From Halorutilales archaeon Cl-col2-1 (GTDB taxonomy: Archaea > Halobacteriota > Halobacteria > Halobacteriales > Afararchaeaceae): DNA of 64,000 nt. A model generated the notes under the pieces. The model was not told the DNA's origin. It was given only the letters and a program-made list of their open reading frames with translations, and did no database searches. The stretch covers positions 512,001 to 576,000 of the forward strand of contig CP169074.1 in the NCBI GenBank assembly GCA_041891055.1. Reading direction: 5' to 3'. Positions 1-8,520 of this stretch are shown piece after piece (within the stretch, counting starts at the first letter, position 1; each line of letters opens with the position of its first letter). The translations under genes were made by a program, and so were the position numbers.

Positions 1-2
1 CC

Positions 3-299
3 GGCGACTTCGACACCGTGCTACGTCTACTTCCGCCTCTCGGACCCTACCCGAAGGAGCTTTCACACACCTATCCTTTCAACGCCGAGGTTCCCGAAGA
101 GCCGAGCCACGACGAGGTGGGGGCTGTCTACGAGGGCGTCCTGCGTCTCGTACGTCTCCACGATACCGACGCAGTACTCGTCTCCCCATGGGATCACCCT
201 CTTCTCGGGGAGATAGAGGACGAATGCGTCGATGTGATACGCAGAAGTAACGGTTCCAAGACAAGAAACAGTAACACAGAAACGGAACAACAGACATGA
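3..299 (+). CDS. tgtA: archaeosine tRNA-guanine transglycosylase, C-terminal part (5'-truncated by window)
   Basis: LPPLGPYPKELSHTYPFNAEVP resembles the haloarchaeal TgtA C-terminus; ATGA overlap with arcS matches the known gene order. Confidence 0.7.
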   Translation, partial: GDFDTVLRLLPPLGPYPKELSHTYPFNAEVPEEPSHDEVGAVYEGVLRLVRLHDTDAVLVSPWDHPLLGEIEDECVDVIRRSNGSKTRNSNTETEQQT

Positions 300-2065
300 C
301 AGACTATTTCGAGGTAAGAGACCACGACTCGGCGGCAAGACTCGGCAAGCTACGTCTCGACGACCCAATTACGACGCCGGCTCTCGTCGGCGACGTACTC
401 AGAGACACATACAGCAGATGGACTCAAGCAGACTCCGACTCCAGCGAGGAGATAGAAGGCTCGTCGGACGCTGTGACGGTTCTGCCACACAGGGCGATGC
501 CTTCGGGAACCCCCGACGAGATTGTTAAGACAGCGTCATATACAAAGGAGAAGTACGACTTCCCGACCGCGGAGGTCGTCAACGTCGAGAACCCGGTCGC
601 GTCGGGACGTGACGTCTACATACTCACGGGTCTCCGGAAGGGACGCGCGAGACAGGTCGTCGACGCAGTAATAGGTGCGAGGAGAACACTCGAACCCGAC
701 TCCGCTCTTGTGGCTCCCGGGATTGCGACTCCACGTAACGTCGCCCTACTCGCCTACCTCGGTGTCGACGGGTTCGACGAAGACTACACCGCAGTACAGG
801 GCTATGGCGAGACCTACATGACGCGTGACCTCTCGGTCGACTTAGACGAACTCACCGAGCTACCGTGTTCTTGTGAGGTCTGTGCGGGATCAAGTCCCGA
901 CGACCTCGGCAGGGAAGACGTGGCTAAACATAACGTCTCTATGCTCCGCGCCGAACTCGCGACGGTGCGTGACAGGATACGTAACGGACGTCTCCGCGAG
1001 TACATCGAGGGACAGGTGAGGTCGGAGAGATGGCTCGTCGAGGCGATGCGTCTCGTTGACCAGGAGCGCGACTACATAGAGACGAGAACCCCCGTCGTCA
1101 GGAACACACGTCTCGACGCCAACTCGTCGGAGACGCTCGACAGGATTGAGGTAAAGAGGTTTGCCGAACGTGTCGTCGAGAGGTACAGAGCACCCCGAAC
1201 TGACGTCGGCGTCCTTCTGCCGTGTTCAGCCGGGAAGCCCTACTCCCAGTCGAAGTCACACCAGGACTTCCGGCAGGTCATAGGCAGACGTGGACACGAG
1301 GTAATAGTCACGAGCCCCTTAGGAGTCGTACCCAGAGAGCTCGAAAACATCTACCCCGCGGCGCATTACGACACTCCGGTCACGGGTCGGTGGGACGCGA
1401 AGGAGAGGGAGTTCGTCTCGTCGGTCTTCGAGTCGTACGTCGAGAACAATCCCTATGACCGTCTCGTAGCACATCTTCCCGAGGAGGGCTACGGAGAGAT
1501 AGTGCGTTCGGTCGTAGAGTCGAAGGACGTCGAGGTCGAGTTCACAGTCAAGGAGGACGAACATCCGCGTGACGACGACCCTCTCGAAAGACTCGGATCG
1601 GCACTCGACGGGGTCGAGAAGTCGCCCCACGGGATACTCGACAAATGGAACGTCAGAGGTGTCGTCGACTACCAGTTCGGGGAAGACGTCTTCGACTCCG
1701 AACTCGGGCTATCGGGAGTCGAGATAAGGGGAAGGCTTCCACGTCTCCGTCTCTTCGGCAGAGACGAGTACGAGGACGAACAGCTAGGCGCTCTCGTACC
1801 GACCTACGGCAGTCTCGCACTCACCGTGAAAGGTGCTGAGGTCTTAGACGTACCGAGAGTCGAGATAGACGCATTCGTGCCACACGGAAACGTCCTCGCT
1901 CCCGGAGTCTTAGACGCCGACGACGAAATACGTATAGGTGATGAGGTCTACTTCGAGGGCGAGAAGGCACGCGGCGTCGGAAGGGCGAAGATGTTCGGCG
2001 ACGAGATGGCGAGGAGCACGAGAGGAGTCTCGGTAGACGTACGACACGTCGAGGAAGTCGAGTAA
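296..2065 (+). CDS. arcS: archaeosine synthase subunit alpha (TGT-like, C-terminal PUA domain)
   Basis: AARLGKL..TPAL N-terminus, LPCSCEVC zinc site, LLPCSAGKPYSQSKSH motif, PUA domain (LAPGVLDADDEIRIGDEV). Confidence 0.92.
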   Translation: MTDYFEVRDHDSAARLGKLRLDDPITTPALVGDVLRDTYSRWTQADSDSSEEIEGSSDAVTVLPHRAMPSGTPDEIVKTASYTKEKYDFPTAEVVNVENPVASGRDVYILTGLRKGRARQVVDAVIGARRTLEPDSALVAPGIATPRNVALLAYLGVDGFDEDYTAVQGYGETYMTRDLSVDLDELTELPCSCEVCAGSSPDDLGREDVAKHNVSMLRAELATVRDRIRNGRLREYIEGQVRSERWLVEAMRLVDQERDYIETRTPVVRNTRLDANSSETLDRIEVKRFAERVVERYRAPRTDVGVLLPCSAGKPYSQSKSHQDFRQVIGRRGHEVIVTSPLGVVPRELENIYPAAHYDTPVTGRWDAKEREFVSSVFESYVENNPYDRLVAHLPEEGYGEIVRSVVESKDVEVEFTVKEDEHPRDDDPLERLGSALDGVEKSPHGILDKWNVRGVVDYQFGEDVFDSELGLSGVEIRGRLPRLRLFGRDEYEDEQLGALVPTYGSLALTVKGAEVLDVPRVEIDAFVPHGNVLAPGVLDADDEIRIGDEVYFEGEKARGVGRAKMFGDEMARSTRGVSVDVRHVEEVE

Positions 2066-2106
2066 GTACGGCGTACTCTTTTGAGTCTGAGTCACTAAGA
2101 CGGTGT

Positions 2107-3087
2107 ATGAATGGACTCGTGGATGGAGAATGGGTCGTGGGAGGCTACGACGAGACAGACGACGAGGGGAGATTCGAGAGACAGGAGGCGCGTTTCCACA
2201 GCGAGGTAAAAGATGATCCCGAAGCCGACTTTCCTGTCGAGTCGGGACGTTACCATCTCTACGTCTCGCTCGCGTGTCCGTGGGCTCACAGGACACTCAT
2301 CACACGTAAGCTCAAGGGTCTCGAAGACGTCGTCTCTGTCGACGTCGTCGATCCCTTCCGTGCCGAAGACGGCTGGGATTTTACTCCCGATAAGGACGGC
2401 TGTACTCCCGATACGGTCAACGGCGAGGAGTACCTCCGTGAGGTCTACCTCAAGGCTGACCCCAACGTGACGACACGTGTCACCGTCCCCGTTCTCTGGG
2501 ACAAGGAACGCGGGACTATCGTTAACAACGAGTCAGCCGAAATAACCCGGTTCCTCAACACGGAGTTCGACTCTCTCGCCGAGAACGACGTCGACCTCTA
2601 TCCCGAGGAACACAACGACGAGGTCGACCGGATAATAGACGCGATATACGAACCGATCAACAACGGCGTCTACAAGGCGGGATTTGCCGAGACACAGGAG
2701 GCTTACGAGGAGGCGGTCGACGAGCTCTTCGACGCACTCGACCACTGGGAAGGCATCCTCGCCGACCAGAGGTACTTAGCCGGAGACCGTCTCACAGAGG
2801 CGGACGTCTTTATGTTCACGACACTCGTGCGTTTCGACCGCGTCTACAACATACATTTCAAATGTAGCAGACGCCGTATAGACGACTACGAGAACCTCTC
2901 GGGCTACCTGCGTGACCTCTACCAGACCCCCGGCTTCTCCGAGACAGTCGACTTCGACCACATAAAGGAACATTACTACACCACCCATCCGAGCGTCAAC
3001 CCAAAACGTATCATAGCAGTCGACCCCGAGATAGACCTCGAAGACGACCACGGAAGAGACAGCCTACCCGGCTCTCCGCCTGTCTGA
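2107..3087 (+). CDS. glutathionyl-hydroquinone reductase / Xi-class glutathione S-transferase (YqjG/ECM4 family)
   Basis: GRYHLYVSLACPWAHR, VTVPVLWD, IVNNESAEI, INNGVYKAGFA motifs. Confidence 0.93.
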   Translation: MNGLVDGEWVVGGYDETDDEGRFERQEARFHSEVKDDPEADFPVESGRYHLYVSLACPWAHRTLITRKLKGLEDVVSVDVVDPFRAEDGWDFTPDKDGCTPDTVNGEEYLREVYLKADPNVTTRVTVPVLWDKERGTIVNNESAEITRFLNTEFDSLAENDVDLYPEEHNDEVDRIIDAIYEPINNGVYKAGFAETQEAYEEAVDELFDALDHWEGILADQRYLAGDRLTEADVFMFTTLVRFDRVYNIHFKCSRRRIDDYENLSGYLRDLYQTPGFSETVDFDHIKEHYYTTHPSVNPKRIIAVDPEIDLEDDHGRDSLPGSPPV

Positions 3088-3178
3088 GATGTATCTTACC
3101 ACTCTGAGGTTGTGGTACATGACTCGAAGACGGAGGAGCATCCAAAAACGCTTTAGGCACCCGCTACTAATAATGTAG

Positions 3179-3290
3179 TAGCACCGGCGAACTGGGTACT
3201 TACCGGTGCTATGCTGACGCCAAGTCAGCAAAACCAGCCCCCACCCCACCACCCCCCAACCCCCACACCACCATTCTCTGCGTCTTTTTC
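3179..3290 (+). ncRNA. candidate structured small RNA (intergenic)
   Basis: BRE/TATA-like AAAAACGCTTTAGG about 25 nt upstream; hairpins TAGCACCGG/CCGGTGCTA and TGCTGAC/GTCAGCA; C-rich tract then T-run. Confidence 0.3.
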
Positions 3291-3355
3291 TCTTCGTACA
3301 TCGAACCCGACGTCTGACCCAATCTTTATCCCCGCTCCCACGGTAGTAATAGAGT

Positions 3356-5065
3356 ATGCGTAAAGCCGACAGTGGGGAAGACGCCGTATCTGTAGTCATA
3401 GGTGCGGTGTTGATGCTCGGCATCGCCATAACCTTCCTAGCTATTCTTCAAACCCAGGCAGTCCCTGTCTGGAACGAGGACACCGAGTTCTCCCACAGTC
3501 AGAACGTCCAGGAGGATATCCAGAGCCTCGGAAGTGCGATAAGCTTCGTGTCTTCGTCAGGAACCCCGAGGTCGGTTACAGTCGACATGGGAACCGAGTA
3601 CACAGATAGGGTAGTCCTACAGAACCCTCCCGACGCTAGTGGCACTCTCCGGAGTATCGACGGATATATGAATATCTCTAATGCACAAGTCGAGACTTCC
3701 AGAGAGACCCGGGACTACTGGGACGGATCGGAGAAGCCGTTCGAGACTAGGATCCTCACGTACTCGCCAGACTACAACCGGTACCAGGACGCGCCCTCGA
3801 CGGTCTACGGCAACTCGATGGTCTACAATTACTGGTCGGGAATCGCCGACTCGCAGTACAACGCCAACCTGACCCTCTCAGAACAGTCGATGATTAACGG
3901 ACGTAACATAAACCTCGTCGTCCTCAACGGCTCTATCTCGACGGGACAGGTCGAGTCTAAGACTGTCTCTCTGAAGCCTAACAGCGTAATGGAGACTACT
4001 ATAGCCCCGACTGACGACGGCGATCCTATCACTATCACAGTCACATCGCCTCTGACGGCGGCGAACTGGACGAGCGCGCTACAGGATGAGATAGATAACG
4101 GAAACGTCGTCGATGTCTCGGACACGGGAAAATATAATGGACTAAATAAGCTGGAGATCACTCTCGAATCCGACAAGACCTATAATCTGCGTATGGCTGA
4201 GGTCGGTATACAGCAGGGCAGGGAAGTCCCCGAGTATTATCTGACTGACATCGAAGGTAACAACACAGATGGATCTCAGAATCTCGTCGCGGAGGTGCGT
4301 GATAAGTATAACAATCCCGTGAGTGGGGTGACCGTGAACGCGAGCGTAAAACAGGACGAGGGAAACTTTTCAAATGGAGATAACTTCACGGTAAAGACCT
4401 CCGATGCTAGTGGACAGACTACTTTCGACTATACAGCCTCTGATTCCACGGGAACGATAGAAGTCAACGTCAGCATGGATTCTAACGCTTCGAAGGCAGG
4501 AAGTAACTTCCAGCCGAGACAGAAGGAGAATGTGACGTTTTACTTAGATATTACTTCTGGTGGAGATGACGGAGATGGTGGTAATGGTGGGGGTGATGGT
4601 ACTGAAAGTGCTTCCTGTGTTCAAGGTATAACAGATGAAGGAAGTGGGAATACGAAAACTCTGAGATTTAGTATAACTAATAGTGGAAGCTGTAACTCAA
4701 TTACAGTTGACCAATTTAGCATTAATTCCAAAAATGAGGCAGATGTTTTGGACTTTATACAAGAATTTGAATATGACAGAGGGGAGGTTGAAGTAACAGG
4801 AGATGGGACTGGATATGCTGATGCTAATGATGAACCTGGTTTTGACTTTAATACAGATGGTACATTCTATAGTTTTGATAGTAAACCTACAATACCCTCG
4901 GGAGGAACTTCTACCTTTGATATGGGATACTTTAACGGAGATGATAACAATAAGATGAAATATGATCTAAATGGAGATGATATTACAGTAATCTTGGAAT
5001 TTAGTGACGGAAGTCAGAAGGAAGTTACATTTGAAGTGACTAATAATAACGATATCGACTGGTAG
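3356..5065 (+). CDS. pilin-like secreted surface protein with class III signal peptide and Ig-like (Big_1/invasin-like) domain
   Basis: DA|VSVVIGAVLMLGI prepilin-type N-terminus; VRDKYNNPVSGVTV..TSDASGQTTF Ig-like motif; many N-glycosylation sequons; Gly/Asp linker. Confidence 0.75.
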   Translation: MRKADSGEDAVSVVIGAVLMLGIAITFLAILQTQAVPVWNEDTEFSHSQNVQEDIQSLGSAISFVSSSGTPRSVTVDMGTEYTDRVVLQNPPDASGTLRSIDGYMNISNAQVETSRETRDYWDGSEKPFETRILTYSPDYNRYQDAPSTVYGNSMVYNYWSGIADSQYNANLTLSEQSMINGRNINLVVLNGSISTGQVESKTVSLKPNSVMETTIAPTDDGDPITITVTSPLTAANWTSALQDEIDNGNVVDVSDTGKYNGLNKLEITLESDKTYNLRMAEVGIQQGREVPEYYLTDIEGNNTDGSQNLVAEVRDKYNNPVSGVTVNASVKQDEGNFSNGDNFTVKTSDASGQTTFDYTASDSTGTIEVNVSMDSNASKAGSNFQPRQKENVTFYLDITSGGDDGDGGNGGGDGTESASCVQGITDEGSGNTKTLRFSITNSGSCNSITVDQFSINSKNEADVLDFIQEFEYDRGEVEVTGDGTGYADANDEPGFDFNTDGTFYSFDSKPTIPSGGTSTFDMGYFNGDDNNKMKYDLNGDDITVILEFSDGSQKEVTFEVTNNNDIDW

Positions 5066-5176
5066 ATTTCTACACGTGTTTGTCTGCTTTGAGAGTCTAA
5101 GAGAACATTTACTCCAGTATTGAGGCGATAGCTTACAGAGTTGCGGTCTTTGAGAGATTCTCAGACGGAGTCATAC

Positions 5177-5602
5177 ATGAGCATGAATAAAGACAGGCAC
5201 GAAGGTATAGAGATACCCGAGATACCCGAGGGTACGGATCTGATAATCACGTCAGAGTCCTGGGAAGAGTTCAAAGAGGGTTCGGTAGATAGAGCTAGGT
5301 CGTTAGACGAAGGAGAACAGCCACCCCACGTTGTCAACATAGAAGACCCAAGCGAGTTCCGTAAGCTACTCACATCCAAACGTCTCGAACTCATAGAGAC
5401 CGTCGTAGAAGACCCTCCCGAGAGCATACGTGATCTAGCCGACAAGCTCGACAGAGGTCTACGTGAGGTACACGAGGATCTTGAACTCCTCGAAGAGTAC
5501 GGTATAGTCAAGTTCGAGGAGGAGGGACGCGCTAAGAGACCCTACATCCCATACGAGACTGTCAGGATAAGCGGGGAGATCGCCAAGAAGCCCCAGACCT
5601 AA
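5177..5602 (+). CDS. HVO_A0114-like HTH DNA-binding protein (putative antitoxin)
   Basis: LLTSKRLELIETV..PESIRDLADKLDR..VHEDLELLEEYGIV..KRPYIPYE pattern. Confidence 0.8.
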   Translation: MSMNKDRHEGIEIPEIPEGTDLIITSESWEEFKEGSVDRARSLDEGEQPPHVVNIEDPSEFRKLLTSKRLELIETVVEDPPESIRDLADKLDRGLREVHEDLELLEEYGIVKFEEEGRAKRPYIPYETVRISGEIAKKPQT

Positions 5603-5688
5603 TACTCAGTCGTCACGACACCGAGCCCGTACTCAGGCTCTAATCTACTGTTCATCAATTGGCATCTCGTCGACTTCTACCCTACGCA

Positions 5689-5879
5689 TCACACCGAGTT
5701 AATCTACTGTTGAGTTCGTATAGCTCCTTCACGACGTCGCTCTCGGCTACACGGTAACGTGTAGGTGACGTCTCGGGCACCTCTTCGATGATACTCAGTT
5801 CGAGAAGTAGGTCGACGTAGTTGGCTACCGTCTGACGCGTCACGCCTGCGTGTTCGGCTAGCTCCGTCTTATCGAAGCC
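5689..5879 (-). pseudogene. 5'-truncated winged-HTH protein
   Basis: Minus strand reads GFDKTELAEHAGVTRQTVANYVDLLLELSIIEEVPETSPTRYRV...*; N-terminus replaced by the tnpB remnant. Confidence 0.65.
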
Positions 5880-6380
5880 GTGCAGGTTGACCCTCGAAAT
5901 ACGTCGAAGCGTTGCTCAACGTGTGGATTTACCCACGACCACAATCGGTCGGGCAGTCGTTTGAGTGTCAGCAGTGCGGATACGAGAACCACGCCGACTA
6001 CAACGCTTCGAAGAATATCGGTTTGCGGTATCTCCGTCGTCCCCAGAAATCGGAGATTTCTGGTGTGCGAACGAGACGCTTCGCGTCTCGTCAACGTCGG
6101 CAAAACGCAGACGATGGAGGCGTGCTCAAAAATCAAAGATTTTTGGTATGTCACTGAGCTTCGCTCAGTGAGCACACCCGTAGACGTGCGCTTGAATCGC
6201 GGGACGCTGAACGTGAGTGGAGAGTACAACCTTCCTGCCTCATCTGAGGCGTAGAACGGGAGTCCACGCGAAAGCCCTAGTGCAGGCACAAGCTTGCACG
6301 TCGTCAGACGCAGTCTGACGGGACCCTCAACGAGCGAGTGGGGCCATTGCCCCCGAGCAAAGTAGGGTAGGGTAGTTTAC
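5880..6380 (+). mobile_element. tnpB: IS200/IS605-family (IS1341-type) remnant: frameshifted tnpB 3' end plus right end
   Basis: [35 protein letters not shown] and PVDVRLNRGTLNV in shifting frames; end motif GTAGGGTAGGGTAGTTTAC matches the end at 14544. Confidence 0.85.
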
Positions 6381-6429
6381 CAGAAGCCCTTAGTATGACG
6401 GGACACGACTTCTACCGAGCAACTCACGA

Positions 6430-6834
6430 ATGCCATCTACTCAGACATACAGTAGGATATCGGAGACATGGAAGTACGCAGTCATCGCCGGAGCCGCTTC
6501 CCTCCCACTGACTTTCCTGAGGTTCTGGCTAACAGGGATGGAGTACTTCTCAGTCAGCATGGTCTTCTTCGGAGGGATACTCGCGGGATACTTAGCTGAG
6601 AAAAAGTCGTTGGACTCTAACTCCGTAGGAGCCCGCGCAGGTATGGTAGGAGGCGTCCCGGGCTCAGTGTGGGTCTTGGTAATGGCGTCACGTAACGACT
6701 TCGCAACGGGGTGGTCTCTGGCACCTACCGCAGCCATAACAGCCGTAGCGGCTGGCTTCGTACTCGTAGTCAGCGCAGTAATAGGTGTTATCGGGAGCGA
6801 GATAGGTGCTTGGATAGGCTCTAAGTTCGAGTAG
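6430..6834 (+). CDS. small membrane protein (DUF5518-like)
   Basis: Four hydrophobic Gly-rich segments; WKYAVIAG..GGILAGYL..GARAGMVG pattern. Confidence 0.7.
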   Translation: MPSTQTYSRISETWKYAVIAGAASLPLTFLRFWLTGMEYFSVSMVFFGGILAGYLAEKKSLDSNSVGARAGMVGGVPGSVWVLVMASRNDFATGWSLAPTAAITAVAAGFVLVVSAVIGVIGSEIGAWIGSKFE

Positions 6835-6904
6835 AAGATTCGGACTTACTGAAACTGACCTACAAAACTGAGGTTTTATAAATTAGGATATGTATTTATA
6901 ATGA

Positions 6905-8494
6905 ATGACCGGTAGAATATTGGTCTTTATTTCTAATAAATCTGACAAAAAAATGGTGGAGAGATGGGTAAAGGATGAAACTGATTACACACTCTCGCCT
7001 CAGTCTAACCCACAAACCCCCGAAAACTTAGACCTGACATTCGACCTCTGTATACTGGATGAAGACAGCTTCGAACAGCATAAAGACTGGATCAGAAAAG
7101 TAAAAGAACTTAGTTCGGTATTACTCCCTTTTCTGCTTCTATTCCCGGAAAGTCAAGCCAAGAACTTCGATAAGCCTCGGTTCGCTGACTCTGCTGAAGT
7201 TATCAGAAATACAGTTGATGAAATAGTAGCCACTCCCCTAAGCAAACACGAACTCGGTATCCGTATAGATAACCTTCTGAGAATGCGTAAACAGAGTCAC
7301 GAAGTAGAAACTAAAGAGCATTATAGAGAGCTAAGTGAACGACTCAAAGAGAGAGAAAAAACACTCGACATCATCCAATCTGTAAATAGAACCCTGATAA
7401 AGAAGACAGACCGTGAAGAGCTGATAACGTCTGTAGCTGAGACTATCGCGAAAAGCCAAAGGTTCGGATGTACATTCATCGCTCTTACCCGGGACAGACA
7501 GACAACATATGTGTGTGAATCAGAGTCGGACTATGCCCCTCAAAAGACCTCAGACCTCCACTCAAAAGATTACATAAACGAGGTATTTGACAAAGGCATT
7601 CTCGTTATAGAAGATGTCACTCAGCCTCCGTATAAACAGCATACTTCTGAGAGGGAGAAACACCAAGGTGTAGCTCTCGCATTAAGACATAATGGGCAGG
7701 AGTTCGGTGTGCTTACAGTCCATTTTCCCCCCGATTCGCCACCCACGGAGAAAGATAAGGATCTACTCAAACAGGTCTCGGATGACCTCGCAAACAGTCT
7801 GGATAGTATCCGTGAGAGAAACCTCCGAAATGAGCGTGAGACACTAATAAAGATCCTAGATCGTGTTCTACGACACAATATGCACAATAAGATGAATGTA
7901 ATTCTCGGATACAGCGATTTTCTGAAGAACCAAGTTTCTGAGACTGAACGAAAGAAAGTCAGTAATATCATACAGGCTGGGAAAAAGCTCGTGGATATCA
8001 CAAACAAGGAGAGAGAGGTCATTAATGTAATTACCGAAGAACCAGAGCCTGAACCTATTCGGATAGATAAAGTTACTCGGGATGTCGTGAGTGAGCTGAG
8101 AGATGAATACTCCGGTGCAGATATAGAGTACAGATCAGAGGAAGCCGAAGCTCTAGCACTACCTCAGATAAGGAAGTCTATAGAAGAACTCACACGGAAC
8201 TCGGTAATACACAGTGAGGAGAGTCGCCCTAAAGTAGAAATTAAGGTTAGGGAGACGGATCAGACAGTCCAGATACGGATTGCCGATAATAATCCGAGAA
8301 TACCTGAAGAGGAAATTAAAGTTGTAACAGATAAAGTGATCGATCCTCTGTATCACGGAAGTGGAATGGGGCTCTGGCTCGTCAACTGGGTTATTGAAAA
8401 GTCGAACGGCGAGCTTGAGTTCGAACAGAAAGAACCGAGAGGGAATGTAGTCAAAGCTAAAATACCTAGACCTGGCTTTGTGGAGTTGAGCTGA
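6905..8494 (+). CDS. sensor histidine kinase with degenerate receiver-like N-terminus and GAF domain
   Basis: FDLCILDE receiver-like segment; RVLRHNMHNKMN H-box; NSVIH, IADN, HGSGMGLWLV HATPase motifs. Confidence 0.85.
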   Translation: MTGRILVFISNKSDKKMVERWVKDETDYTLSPQSNPQTPENLDLTFDLCILDEDSFEQHKDWIRKVKELSSVLLPFLLLFPESQAKNFDKPRFADSAEVIRNTVDEIVATPLSKHELGIRIDNLLRMRKQSHEVETKEHYRELSERLKEREKTLDIIQSVNRTLIKKTDREELITSVAETIAKSQRFGCTFIALTRDRQTTYVCESESDYAPQKTSDLHSKDYINEVFDKGILVIEDVTQPPYKQHTSEREKHQGVALALRHNGQEFGVLTVHFPPDSPPTEKDKDLLKQVSDDLANSLDSIRERNLRNERETLIKILDRVLRHNMHNKMNVILGYSDFLKNQVSETERKKVSNIIQAGKKLVDITNKEREVINVITEEPEPEPIRIDKVTRDVVSELRDEYSGADIEYRSEEAEALALPQIRKSIEELTRNSVIHSEESRPKVEIKVRETDQTVQIRIADNNPRIPEEEIKVVTDKVIDPLYHGSGMGLWLVNWVIEKSNGELEFEQKEPRGNVVKAKIPRPGFVELS

Positions 8495-8520
8495 CGATCT
8501 ATCGATTTATCCGAGTGGAT

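Noticed and set aside
3211-3363. 50-codon Pro-rich ORF across the C-rich tract
   Set aside because: The composition is dictated by the low-complexity tract, and there is no coding signature.
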